Of a DNA stretch of 64,000 bases, positions 27,101 through 36,027 are shown piece after piece. The notes under the pieces were generated by a model that was given only the letters and a program-made list of their open reading frames with translations, had not been told where the DNA came from and made no database searches. Position numbers and translations under genes: made by a program. The stretch comes from Candidatus Omnitrophota bacterium (GTDB lineage: Bacteria; Omnitrophota; Gorgyraeia; JAHIPI01), in NCBI GenBank assembly GCA_016783745.1, contig JADHVZ010000007.1, positions 259 through 64,258 of the forward strand. The letters are read 5' to 3'. Positions within the stretch are counted from its first letter, which is position 1. Every line of letters starts with the position of its first letter.

Positions 27101-29221
27101 TACCCCGTCCCCGAATTGCCAGAGATGGCTCTCTATGACACCTGTTGATAAGTCTGTGAAGTGTACTGTGAGAGGCAGATCTCCTTCCGTGACATCAGCG
27201 GTAAAGTCCGCTATGCCGTGGTTCGCTTCTTCGTCTTCAGTAACGATTATAGTGATATCCTGAGAAACGCTCTCGCCATTCGTATCAGTTACGATGATCC
27301 TTACGGGAGAGTACGGGCTCTGTTCGGATGAGCCAAGAGGCAGTCTCCAGCTGAATCTGCCCATATATCTTGATCTGCCCTGCCGGGTAGTTATTACGGC
27401 ATTTACCATGTAACGGTCTTGGAATCTGTTTAACTCACTGGTATCAATAGAGAATTCGAGTGGCAGGCCTTCAGGATGCGAGGCTATTACTATTATCTCA
27501 AGAAGCTCTCTTTCTTCAACGGTCCATATTTCATCAATAGGGTCCATCTCAGGGCCGCCTGATACCCCTGTAAATAGTTCTCTTAAGCTATAATAGGCCT
27601 GGCGGGGCTCTACCTCATCGATACCGTCACCGGAGGTGTTCCAGGGATGCTCTAAAAAGTCTATTCCGTCATCGGCAATTCTCACAATGCCCCAGTATTC
27701 CTCACTGGCGCGTCCGTCAGGCAGATTACCGCCCCAGTCCGCTTCCGGTCCGGTCTCATGCTCCGATGGGCTGCCGGCAGCGTCCTTCCACCATTCATCA
27801 GAATATTCCATGATGGTCCCGCCGAGACAGATATCTGATGCCATGATCTGCCGGGTGTTCGCCACTACCCATGCGGCCTGAGCATCTTCATCCTCTTCTC
27901 CCGCCCCTGTGTTATAGGCATCAGCGCCATACTCCGTTATGACGAGCGGCTTATCGCTCCTTTGTCTGTAAAAGTCAAAAAAGCTTCCGGCCTGGCCAAA
28001 AAAGTCTATGTTATGAAAGTCCCTGTAATAGGCGTTAACCCCCCATACATCTATGAAGGGCAGCTGTTGATCGTGGCCTCCGAACTCGCTTTCACCGATA
28101 TACAAGATACCGCCGTTGATGATCATGACGGGATGATAAGAATCGCCTTCTATCTCATACGCTACCTCTGCGAGTCTATTGCAAAGGCTGTAAAATCCAT
28201 TGGCTATGTCGGTCTTACTCCTTCCGTAGGCCGCGGCTATCTCGTCGAATGACAGGCTAAGCTCATTGCCTAATGCCCACATAAGAACTGAATCTTCATT
28301 TCTATATGCGCTGACAAAATTCCTGAAATTCTGTTCTATCGAATTCCGTTGGCTGGCTTGGGTGAAATCGACCTTGTTAATCCAGAAGCCGGCTATGACC
28401 TTCAATCCATATTCCTCGGCCTTGGCCAGGATATTCCTTCCCGGCAATCCCCACGATCTTATAGTATTGAAGCCCGCATCGACCAGGAGAGGAAAGTCTC
28501 TGTCGTAAAATCTTGAGTCGTCGGAGGGAGGTGGCAGGCCGCCTATGGGCGTGGGCTGGTATCCTACGCCTTTAATGGTGAATGGCTCGCCGTTCACATA
28601 AAGAGTTTTGTCTGATTTTATGATGACTACCGGGCCTGTGCTTTCGGGCTTTTCGGGGGGCGGCGGCGGAGGTGCGACTTCGCCCATTTTAAAGCTGAGG
28701 TTATCAAGATAAATAGTGCCGCTACCTTGAAAGACTATGCTTACAGATCTCATCTTAGTCTTATCCATGCCTATGAATTCGTGCAAAGGGATATCTATTT
28801 CCTGCCATTCGGTCGTTGTATCTGAGAAGTTGACCGATGGATGAGGTGGTATACCAGATCCGGATTGAAGCTCCAATCTCATTGTTTCCCCGCCCCTATC
28901 GCCTCTTATTGAGAAAGATAAGAACGCGTAATCACTGATGTCCAGGTAAGTCCTGTCATCCCATACATTAGATGCGTACCAGTTATTATTTTGATATATA
29001 AATCTTCGGCTCTTTGACCCATCAAATGAGCCTGAGGCCGTCTCGGTCATGGAGGCACTGCCGCCCGTCCAGAATCTTAGCGTATTAGCGTTAGAATTAC
29101 TGTCATTATAATCATCGATCATAAGAGATGACTGTTGGGCATAGGTCACCGGACAGGCCGCTGCCATAATGGCAAAGGCTACGCCAAACATCAAAATTTT
29201 AGATTTTGAGTTATGCTTCAT
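24191..29221 (-). CDS. Giant secreted protein: clan GH-A (GH5-like) glycoside hydrolase domain, about 8 PKD domains and a C-terminal beta-helix
   Basis: Signal peptide MKHNSKSKILMFGVAFAIMAAA. GH-A motifs WALGNELS (acid/base NE) and VITEYGADA (nucleophile E). Repeated PKD signatures WxFGDGxxSxxxxPxHxYxxPGxYxVxLxxxG appear at least 8 times. The C-terminus has NNT/NNC beta-helix repeats. Confidence 0.8.
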   Translation of the reverse strand: MKHNSKSKILMFGVAFAIMAAACPVTYAQQSSLMIDDYNDSNSNANTLRFWTGGSASMTETASGSFDGSKSRRFIYQNNNWYASNVWDDRTYLDISDYAFLSFSIRGDRGGETMRLELQSGSGIPPHPSVNFSDTTTEWQEIDIPLHEFIGMDKTKMRSVSIVFQGSGTIYLDNLSFKMGEVAPPPPPPEKPESTGPVVIIKSDKTLYVNGEPFTIKGVGYQPTPIGGLPPPSDDSRFYDRDFPLLVDAGFNTIRSWGLPGRNILAKAEEYGLKVIAGFWINKVDFTQASQRNSIEQNFRNFVSAYRNEDSVLMWALGNELSLSFDEIAAAYGRSKTDIANGFYSLCNRLAEVAYEIEGDSYHPVMIINGGILYIGESEFGGHDQQLPFIDVWGVNAYYRDFHNIDFFGQAGSFFDFYRQRSDKPLVITEYGADAYNTGAGEEDEDAQAAWVVANTRQIMASDICLGGTIMEYSDEWWKDAAGSPSEHETGPEADWGGNLPDGRASEEYWGIVRIADDGIDFLEHPWNTSGDGIDEVEPRQAYYSLRELFTGVSGGPEMDPIDEIWTVEERELLEIIVIASHPEGLPLEFSIDTSELNRFQDRYMVNAVITTRQGRSRYMGRFSWRLPLGSSEQSPYSPVRIIVTDTNGESVSQDITIIVTEDEEANHGIADFTADVTEGDLPLTVHFTDLSTGVIESHLWQFGDGVTSTQEDPTHTYNDPGDRTVSLTITTDVNTDTETKYNYISILYPPPTADFTTSPDPPTDEAPLTIHFTSLAVGEVTNHIWSFGVDMQSISTEKDPSYTYNTPGTYNIIYAVRGPGGSDYVIKEDYVIVSEPQPDPSVTDFTATPTNGAAPLTVQFKDESTEDFTSRQWYFHDGVQVSRDTKKNPFYTYNTPGTYNVTLIASGPDVRDSMTKKRYITVTAPTPDPPVANFTTSPTSGDAPLTVTFTNTSTGTITSSAWNFGDQSGYGNILQSGYGETVTHTYNDPGTYTVSLTATGPGGSDEEVKTNLVTVSSPAPVAGFGVSARYPRTGLAPLTIQFSDLSTGNIIEWFWNFGDGGSSREQNPLYIYNNPGVYPVALAVRGPSRRWDDEMKLSYITVTAQIPDPPVANFTTSRTSGDAPLTVAFTDTSMGTISTLQWNFGDESGYDNIIQSGYGQMVSHTYNIAGTYNVALTATGPGGSNTETKAGLVTVSGSSLKAVFDIDPEFSSRAGPAPHTVQFLDNSEGDISYWAWSFGDGGIGSERNPTHEYRSPGIYTVRLIVIGRLGGSAEERKINFINVTYPLPTADFTASPTERAAPLTVYFVNTSTGTIYDWSWDFGDGNTGYGDRPSHTYTEAGDYDVTLTVTGPGGSDAVIKSDLISVADNTMDFEQLKARIDNAYDGEEIEITPSIYQFTSNLEIAQDITLISRDPDPENTVFMLGGYHILIKVPGHTPTDANPFGGLGDVAIEGITIRGYRGISVNGPIQSYAENLTLNNCRIIDNEGIRASAVYTLWQSTLRINNTLIADNYNLTVRLAQPASLYLAGPDSYCGAIFLDNYAAFYAIRSTIADNYCDLMTYSYQNGYGQSGYGKVNYGAVHRNNTGIAGRYGNDQLSVVNSIMWNNTNDTEDPMDISQSDNEALSITILNSDIQQYDVAGEGIFETISEDPYFRDPDDYDYTPQNSNCAGMGVY

Positions 29222-29256
29222 CGTATCCTCTTTTTTCGAAACTTATTAAAACAACT

Positions 29257-29286
29257 AAAAAAGAGGGCTTAAAAAAAAGCCCCCTC
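29257..29286 (-). terminator. Rho-independent terminator downstream of feoB
   Basis: On the minus strand, hairpin GAGGGGGCTT-TTTTTT-AAGCCCTC is followed by TTTTTT. Confidence 0.5.
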
Positions 29287-29417
29287 CTCCTATTGTCACT
29301 ATAAGTATAGCATATATATACAAGCAGTCAATAGCAAATATATAGCTTTTTTATACCCTAACTAAATAAGGAAAGTGACCCATTTTTAAGAATAAAATAG
29401 TTGGATTTAGCAGATTT

Positions 29418-31133
29418 TTATAAGATGAGGTTGAGGAGGGCGCCGACTATTATTGCGGTGGTAAGCATTATGAGGGCTGACTTGAACATATCTTTGGCGC
29501 CAAGCTCCTTGGCCAGGATAGTGAATGTCGCTATGCAGGGAAAATATATAGAAAGGATGACACTTCCGATAACTAACTGTTTAGTGGTAAGATTTAACGG
29601 CCCGAGCATCCCCACAGCTACATCTTTTCTCAAAAAACCTATTATCAACGCCCCGATAGATTCTTCCGGCAAACCCCATATACGCTCGAGTATCGGCGCG
29701 AATATTCCTGAAACAAAATCAATAATACGCAGCGCGTACAAAACATTAACAAACAGTATACCTAAGAGGACAAGGGGAACGGCCTCTTTTATAAAACTAT
29801 AAATTCGCATATATAACTTTTTTATCACTGATCTGGCATGCGGAATCCGGTAGGGCGGTATTTCCACCAGTATCTCAGGGCTCTTGCCTTTTATGAACCT
29901 ATTTAGGATGAGGCCTTTAGCGATAAGAAGAAGGAATAATATTAAAAATATTAGCGCGACATATCTTCCTCCTCTCTGGCCTACCAGGCCCACTATCATC
30001 GCTATCTGCGCCATGCACGGCACAGCGATCGCCATCATCGTGGCGGCTATAAATTTTTCACGTTTGCCTTCGAGAAGGCGTGTAGCGAGAGCGCCGGGAA
30101 CATTGCAGCCCAAGCCTAAGATCATCGGGATTATCGCGTAACCGTGAAGTCCGAATCTGTGCATAATATTATCCGCTAAAACAGCCAGGCGCGGAAGATA
30201 TCCAAAATCCTCCAGAACGCCCAGCACAAGATAGAAGCTGATAATATATGGCAGTACCATCGCGAGCGGCACAAAGAGGCCCGTAGTAAAAAGCCCGAAA
30301 GACTGTGCGAAATCGATCCGGCCTTCTACTAAATTACCTATCAAAATTCCGCTCAATAGACTGTTCGCGCCGAAAAGGTGGTATAACTTCATCATCAAAG
30401 GCGCCCAGACATATTCAAAAAACGGCTCACACACGTAGCCTATCAAGGACTCCCCGGTAAAACGTATGACTAAAAAAGAAAGCGCCATAATGAGCAAAGA
30501 TATCGGTATGCCGGTGACAGGCCTTATGCTTAGATCAGCCAGCCGTTCTAAAAATGTATGATGCCTGTGGTGAAGGTGCTGTACTTCTTTCACTATCTTG
30601 CCGATATATTCCCACCTCTCGCTATCCTTAAGAGGTTCCATCTTTTTGGGCCTTGCTTTAGAAATATGCTCGACGAGCTCCTTAACGCCTTCTCCCGTAA
30701 GGCCGCAGGTCGTCACTACAGGGACACCCAGGATCTTTTCAAGTCTTTTTACATCTATCTGAATACCTTTGTGTTTTGTATCGTCCCACATATTGAGCGC
30801 CACGATAACGGGTATGTTTTTCTCCAGCAACTCTACCGTAAGATACAGGTTCCTCTCGAGATTCGTCGCATCCACGACATTGATTATCACGTCACCTTCT
30901 TCTATCATGCGCACCGCGACTTCTTCGGCTTTAGATGTGGGTTCCAGCGCGTATGTGCCGGGGATATCGATAATAGCGGGATTTGCCTCTCCTAATTTTA
31001 TATAACCCTGGGTAAATTCCACCGTTGTGCCGGGATAATTCGATATGATCACCCTGGCCCCTGTTAAACGTGAAAAGAGCGCGCTCTTTCCCACATTAGG
31101 ATTACCCATTAATAAGATCTTGTTTATAGCCAT
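29418..31133 (-). CDS. feoB: Ferrous iron transporter B (short form)
   Basis: N-terminal G-domain LMGNPNVGKSALF (G1) with DIPGTYAL and NMWD motifs, then a polytopic membrane domain. Confidence 0.85.
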   Translation of the reverse strand: MAINKILLMGNPNVGKSALFSRLTGARVIISNYPGTTVEFTQGYIKLGEANPAIIDIPGTYALEPTSKAEEVAVRMIEEGDVIINVVDATNLERNLYLTVELLEKNIPVIVALNMWDDTKHKGIQIDVKRLEKILGVPVVTTCGLTGEGVKELVEHISKARPKKMEPLKDSERWEYIGKIVKEVQHLHHRHHTFLERLADLSIRPVTGIPISLLIMALSFLVIRFTGESLIGYVCEPFFEYVWAPLMMKLYHLFGANSLLSGILIGNLVEGRIDFAQSFGLFTTGLFVPLAMVLPYIISFYLVLGVLEDFGYLPRLAVLADNIMHRFGLHGYAIIPMILGLGCNVPGALATRLLEGKREKFIAATMMAIAVPCMAQIAMIVGLVGQRGGRYVALIFLILFLLLIAKGLILNRFIKGKSPEILVEIPPYRIPHARSVIKKLYMRIYSFIKEAVPLVLLGILFVNVLYALRIIDFVSGIFAPILERIWGLPEESIGALIIGFLRKDVAVGMLGPLNLTTKQLVIGSVILSIYFPCIATFTILAKELGAKDMFKSALIMLTTAIIVGALLNLIL

Positions 31134-31366
31134 TAGCGTTCTACCTCGACGAATATCTTCGATGCCATCCCGTGGCCTATTGCCACCTGAAATTTATCCA
31201 CCATGATAGTCTGCGGGCCTCTCCAGAAATGCGAGCCCACCTTCTTTATCTCCTTACCCGTACGTATACCTATGTTCTGGACCCTGGACGTGATCCCGTG
31301 GCCGCCCTGGATCTCGGCGATTTTGCCTATCTCTCCGCGCTTCATTTCAACGATGCTTATCTTCAT
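31133..31366 (-). CDS. feoA: FeoA family protein
   Basis: 77-aa SH3-like FeoA with GEIGKIAEIQGG. Overlaps the feoB start. Confidence 0.7.
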   Translation of the reverse strand: MKISIVEMKRGEIGKIAEIQGGHGITSRVQNIGIRTGKEIKKVGSHFWRGPQTIMVDKFQVAIGHGMASKIFVEVER

Positions 31367-31815
31367 CTCTTTCCTCTCTTCTTTACTTTATTTCCGCAAT
31401 CCTTGCAAATACCGTATATCTCCATCTTATGGCTTTTCGGTGTGAATGAAAATCTTTTAGCCAGTTTTAGCTGGAGCCTTTCGATCTCATCATCGGTAGC
31501 TTCAATGCACTTCCCGCATTCGCTGCATACCAGATGGTCATGGTGGGGATGGCCCAGTTTGTGCTCAAACCTCGCCGCCTTGTCGCCTAAGCCTACCCGC
31601 CTGGCCAGGTCCGCCTCACACATAAGCTTAAGCGTTCTAAACACTGTCGCGTGACCGACATACGGGTATCTTTTTCTGACAATAGCGTAAAGCTCTTCGG
31701 TAGTGACATGTTTTTCTGTACCCAAAAAGGCCTTTAATATTTCCTCGCGCTGGTGCGTAAACTTAAGACGTTGCGTCTTCAGGTACTTATTGAACACATC
31801 ATACGGCCCTGCCAT
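31363..31815 (-). CDS. fur: Fur-family metal-uptake transcriptional regulator
   Basis: THQREEILKAF...HVTTEELY and C-terminal HHDHLVCSECGKCIE metal sites. Start is placed at MAGPYDV, which has a GGGAGG RBS. The track ORF extends spuriously into the promoter. Confidence 0.8.
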   Translation of the reverse strand: MAGPYDVFNKYLKTQRLKFTHQREEILKAFLGTEKHVTTEELYAIVRKRYPYVGHATVFRTLKLMCEADLARRVGLGDKAARFEHKLGHPHHDHLVCSECGKCIEATDDEIERLQLKLAKRFSFTPKSHKMEIYGICKDCGNKVKKRGKR

Positions 31816-31843
31816 GTGCACCTCCCGATGCCTTACATCTATT

Positions 31844-31893
31844 TGAAATTGAATTTCAATGTCAATTGTAACACAAAAAAATATACCTGTCAA
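31844..31893 (-). promoter_or_regulatory. sigma70 promoter (TTGACA-N17-TACAAT) followed by Fur-box-like palindrome TGAAATT-C-AATTTCA upstream of fur-feoAB
   Basis: Minus-strand reading: TTGACA (31893-31888), 17-nt spacer, TACAAT (31870-31865), then a 7-1-7 inverted repeat at 31858-31844, then GGGAGG and ATG. Confidence 0.5.
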
Positions 31894-31897
31894 GCGT

Positions 31898-32155
31898 TTA
31901 TTTTTTTATCAGCTTCATCATAACGTTCTTTATTCCTATTAGCTCCCCTATCTCGTTTTTCTCAATATAAGTATGCCCTATCCACTGCCAGAGGTACCCT
32001 AGGAATATGTTAAGAAGCCCTATCTTCCATCTACCTGTCAAAAGCTGAAATAACCCAAAAACAGCTTCAGGTATACCTATTATATGAAGAACCATATTGA
32101 CGTTGTTCGCGTGCCTGGACCTGTAATTCTTTATGTATTTGATCAAAGCTTTCAT
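31898..32155 (-). CDS. Small membrane protein, weak DUF962-like N-terminal motif
   Basis: 85 aa. HANNVNMVLHIIGIP loosely resembles the DUF962 motif, but the protein is much shorter than that family. Confidence 0.3.
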   Translation of the reverse strand: MKALIKYIKNYRSRHANNVNMVLHIIGIPEAVFGLFQLLTGRWKIGLLNIFLGYLWQWIGHTYIEKNEIGELIGIKNVMMKLIKK

Positions 32156-32157
32156 CT

Positions 32158-33069
32158 CTATCCTTTAAAACGCGAGCCCTGTTTTGTTTTTCTTTTTTTG
32201 AATTCTTCGTTCACCGCGCCTATTACTTCTGCCTTTTGATTGATCCATTTCGGCGCCACAAGAACGTCGTCACTTGCGTCTGAAATAAGCCGGAATATTA
32301 CGCACTCAGGGCTTATTATCTCCAGAAAATCGCAAATCGTTTGCACATACTCACTCTTCTGCATCAAATGTATATTTGAATCTTCGTATAACTGCCGGAG
32401 CTTCGTATCTTTAAGGACATGCAGTATGTGAAATTTAATACCGGAAACCGGCAGTTTAGCGATCTTCTCGGCAGTCTTGAGCATATCATCTTTTGTCTCC
32501 CCCGGCAAGCCTAATATGACATGAGCGGCTACTTTGATATTTCGCTCCGCTGCCATCTCCGAGGCTCTGACAAAGTCATGATAGGCATGCCCCCTGTTTA
32601 TAAATTTTAGAGTCCTTTCGTGGCTGGTCTGCAGTCCGTATTCGATCCATGTATCATAGTCATCGCTATAAGACTTAATGAGGTCGAGCTTTTTCTCATC
32701 CACACAGTCCGGACGCGTGGAAATATATAAGCCGATGATATCGGGGTACTCCTTAATAGTATCATACGCGTCTTTAAGCCTGTTCAAAGGCGCGTAGGTA
32801 TTGGTGGCATTCTGGAAATAAGCTATAAACTTCTTCGCGTTATAACGCTTTTTCACGTGATCTATGGACTGCCGTATTTGATCATCCAGAGAAAGTCCGG
32901 TATTGGCAAAATGCGAAAACCCTTTATCGTTGCAATAGATGCAACCTTCTTCGCTGATCTTCCCGTCTTTATTCGGACAAGTAAAACCCGCGTTGAGGCT
33001 CAACCGCTGCACCCTCTCCCCGAATTTACCCTTTAAATAATCATTGAATGAGTAATAATGCGTTTCCAT
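32158..33069 (-). CDS. Radical SAM protein, TIGR01212/YhcC family
   Basis: CPNKDGKISEEGCIYCN cluster near the N-terminus. The roughly 300-aa length and motif order are typical of the TIGR01212 family. Confidence 0.7.
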   Translation of the reverse strand: METHYYSFNDYLKGKFGERVQRLSLNAGFTCPNKDGKISEEGCIYCNDKGFSHFANTGLSLDDQIRQSIDHVKKRYNAKKFIAYFQNATNTYAPLNRLKDAYDTIKEYPDIIGLYISTRPDCVDEKKLDLIKSYSDDYDTWIEYGLQTSHERTLKFINRGHAYHDFVRASEMAAERNIKVAAHVILGLPGETKDDMLKTAEKIAKLPVSGIKFHILHVLKDTKLRQLYEDSNIHLMQKSEYVQTICDFLEIISPECVIFRLISDASDDVLVAPKWINQKAEVIGAVNEEFKKRKTKQGSRFKG

Positions 33070-33101
33070 GTTAAGCCTATAAAAAGCGGAAAACGTCCCC
33101 T

Positions 33102-34961
33102 CTACTTATGCAGTTTCACCATAAGGAGTGAGACGGCTGCCGGCGTGATCCCGGAGATCCTTGCCGCCTGGCCTAAAGAATGCGGCTTGAAGTGTTTTAA
33201 TTTTTCTCTGATCTCATTTGAGAGGCCGTTTACCGAAGAATAATCAAACCCGCCGGGTATCTTCATAGAATCAATTCGCTCCAGCTTCTTTATGTTCATA
33301 AGTTCTCTTCTGACATAACCCTCGTATTTTATGTCGACTTCAACCTGAACCTTTTCATAGTAATCAAGACACTTGAGTTTGCCCATTTTTAACACATCCT
33401 TGTAAGATACGCCGGGCCTTTTCAAGATCTGGTTAAGCCTCGCGGGATTTGATATCGGCGCGCTATTTAACCTCTTAAGAGAATCATTGACGCGCTTTGA
33501 GGGCTTTACGATAATGGAATCAAGTTTGGCCTTTTCTGACTCTACTTTCTTTATTTTATTTTTCATAAACGATAACCTGCTTTTTGAAACAAGGCCTACG
33601 TCCTGTCCGATACCCATAAGACGTATATCGGCATTGTCTTCTCTTACCAGCAAGCGATGCTCCACCCGGGAAGTAAACATCCTGTACGGCTCACTTGTCC
33701 CCTTGGTCACCAGATCATCTATAAGGACTCCGATATAGGCCTGTGACCTGTTAAGGATAAGCGGTTTTCTTTTTTTGATCTTTAGCGCGGCATTGATCCC
33801 GGCCATAAGCCCTAAAGACGCGGCTTCTTCATAACCTGTCGTGCCGTTTATCTGGCCGGCCATATAAAGCCCGCTGACAATTTTTGTCTCAAGAGTAGCG
33901 TAGAGAGAAGTCGGATCCACAAAATCGTATTCTATACCGTATCCGGGTTTGTTTATCCTGACCTTCTCAAGTCCCTTTACGCTGTGAAGGATATCTTCCT
34001 GGACATCGACGGGCAGGCTTGTGGCTATCCCGTTGGGATAATACTCATCCGTATCTAAGCCTTCCGGCTCCAAGAATACGGTATGAGAATCTCTCCCGGA
34101 AAAACGCAGGACCTTATCTTCTATGGACGGGCAATATCTTACACCTGTCGATTTGATCACTCCTGTATAAAGGGGGGACCTATCCAGGTTGTCCCTGATG
34201 ATCTTATGCGTCTTTTTGTTTGTCTGTGTGATATAGCACGGGACCTGTTTAAGCTTCAGCTTTTTTGTTGAAAAGGAAAAAGGGATGACCTCTTTGTCGC
34301 CGTACTGGGCCTTTAAAACGGAAAAATCTATTGTTTTCCCGTCGAGCCGCGGCGTAGTCCCGGTCTTAAGGCTGCCTACACTGAATCCGTGCTTTTTAAG
34401 GCTTTTCGACAGGTCAATACAGGCCTGCTCGCCCATTCTCCCGCCGGGGAAATGTTCAAGCCCTAAGTGAATAAGCCCGTTCAAGAATGTCCCTGTGGTC
34501 AATATGACCGCGGAGGCGTTTATCTTTTTGCCTGGTTTTGTGACCACACCTTTACAGGCCTTGTCTTTTATTATCAGGTCTGCTACTTCATCTTCCAGCA
34601 CATCAAGGTTTTTTTGTTTCAAAACACGTTCCCGCATATACTGATTATACTTAACGCGGTCCGCCTGAATGCGCGAAGAACGAGCCGCGTAGCCTTTTGA
34701 AGAATTGAGCATCCTGTACTGGATCGCCGCGGCATCAGCGGCTTTTGCCATCTCCCCGCCAAGCGCGTCTACTTCCTTTACAAGCTGCCCCTTACCCAAA
34801 CCTCCTATCGCGGGATTGCAGGACATAAAACCTATTTTTTCCGCGCTTAAGGTCACAAGCAGCGTCTTAAGCCCTGACCTTCCGCCGCATAACGCCGCTT
34901 CACAACCCGCGTGTCCGCCGCCTACCACGATGATGTCATATTTATTTTTTGCCCGAGCCAT
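33102..34961 (-). CDS. mnmG: tRNA uridine-5-carboxymethylaminomethyl modification enzyme MnmG (GidA)
   Basis: YDIIVVGGGHAGCEAAL FAD-binding start and collinear MnmG motifs throughout. Start is placed at MARAKNKYD, which has a GGAAGAAGG RBS. Confidence 0.9.
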   Translation of the reverse strand: MARAKNKYDIIVVGGGHAGCEAALCGGRSGLKTLLVTLSAEKIGFMSCNPAIGGLGKGQLVKEVDALGGEMAKAADAAAIQYRMLNSSKGYAARSSRIQADRVKYNQYMRERVLKQKNLDVLEDEVADLIIKDKACKGVVTKPGKKINASAVILTTGTFLNGLIHLGLEHFPGGRMGEQACIDLSKSLKKHGFSVGSLKTGTTPRLDGKTIDFSVLKAQYGDKEVIPFSFSTKKLKLKQVPCYITQTNKKTHKIIRDNLDRSPLYTGVIKSTGVRYCPSIEDKVLRFSGRDSHTVFLEPEGLDTDEYYPNGIATSLPVDVQEDILHSVKGLEKVRINKPGYGIEYDFVDPTSLYATLETKIVSGLYMAGQINGTTGYEEAASLGLMAGINAALKIKKRKPLILNRSQAYIGVLIDDLVTKGTSEPYRMFTSRVEHRLLVREDNADIRLMGIGQDVGLVSKSRLSFMKNKIKKVESEKAKLDSIIVKPSKRVNDSLKRLNSAPISNPARLNQILKRPGVSYKDVLKMGKLKCLDYYEKVQVEVDIKYEGYVRRELMNIKKLERIDSMKIPGGFDYSSVNGLSNEIREKLKHFKPHSLGQAARISGITPAAVSLLMVKLHK

Positions 34962-35118
34962 ATAGCGCCTTCTTCCTGTTAAATCAATACGCGTTCCAAT
35001 ACGATACCACAAATAACTTCCAAAATCAATTTTAAAAATATTTGAATTATCGGGGTTTTGTGATATACTTATAGCTGATAATTAAATTATATTATAGTCA
35101 AATACAAAGGAGTAATTG

Positions 35119-35991
35119 ATGAAAAAAGTAATACTATTTGGATTGATCGTCAGTTTGTTTATAGGCCTCTTTTTACCCTGCCGGGTATCCGCGCAGACCA
35201 GAGTAGCAAAAATAATCTTTATGGATGGAGAAGTACAAGTCCAGCGCGGAGGCGGCGGTAATTGGACGGATGCCGAAAAAGGCATGGTGCTGGCTGCCGG
35301 CGATAAGTTAAAGACAGGTGATGATTCCTGGTCGGAAGTAAGCATCGGAGAAGGGCATCAAAACGTCGTAAGGGTGCAACAGCAGACCCTGACAGAGGTC
35401 AAAGACCTGGGCCCCGTACGGATATATCTTCTCAAGGGCGAATTACGTACACTGCTTGAGGAACTCAACCCTGATGAGACTTTCGAGATCGTGACTCCTA
35501 CGGCTGTATGCGGCACCAGAGGAACAGGCTGGGATACTATCACTGACGGCGTCAAGACAGTGGTTGACGTGTACGAAGCCTCTATCTTCTTCGGCAAGCT
35601 ATCCGATGAGGGCGAATTAATGGCAGGCCCCATAATCAAGACCGGCAAAAGAGGTGTTCTGGAAGACCGTGTCAGGCCCATTAAGATCAAAAATATCCCG
35701 GCCGGCAGGAAGCGCTCCTGGAATAAGTGGAAGAAGGACTTCAGCCAAAGGCGCGCCGTTGAAACAGGTAAAAGCGGTGACAGTGACGAGGGTGATGGCG
35801 GTAACGGCGGAGATGACGGTGAAGGCAGTGACGGAAAAGGAGAATTGGCCGAAAAAGTCAAAGTCACAAACAAACAACAAAAATCTATCGAATCCATCAA
35901 AGAAAGTAAAACAAATGTTTCCGACAGGCTCGATGAAGGCGATATAGATAACAGGACCAAGGACAATAGTGACGGCGGCGGCCAGTATTAA
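35119..35991 (+). CDS. Secreted protein with FecR-like beta domain and Gly/Asp-rich low-complexity tail
   Basis: Signal peptide, then a VAKIIFMDGEVQVQRGG...AGDKLKTGDDSWSEV pattern resembling FecR/DUF4974 sensor domains. C-terminus reads GDSDEGDGGNGGDDGEGSDG. ATG at 35119 is preceded by GGAG. Confidence 0.4.
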   Translation: MKKVILFGLIVSLFIGLFLPCRVSAQTRVAKIIFMDGEVQVQRGGGGNWTDAEKGMVLAAGDKLKTGDDSWSEVSIGEGHQNVVRVQQQTLTEVKDLGPVRIYLLKGELRTLLEELNPDETFEIVTPTAVCGTRGTGWDTITDGVKTVVDVYEASIFFGKLSDEGELMAGPIIKTGKRGVLEDRVRPIKIKNIPAGRKRSWNKWKKDFSQRRAVETGKSGDSDEGDGGNGGDDGEGSDGKGELAEKVKVTNKQQKSIESIKESKTNVSDRLDEGDIDNRTKDNSDGGGQY

Positions 35992-36027
35992 AAAAAGAAC
36001 GAGTAAATCAAGAAAGGGACTTATAGT

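Noticed and set aside
31816-31893. N-terminal 26-codon extension of fur in the ORF track
   Set aside because: It spans the -35/-10 promoter and Fur box. The true start is the internal Met, which has a GGGAGG RBS.
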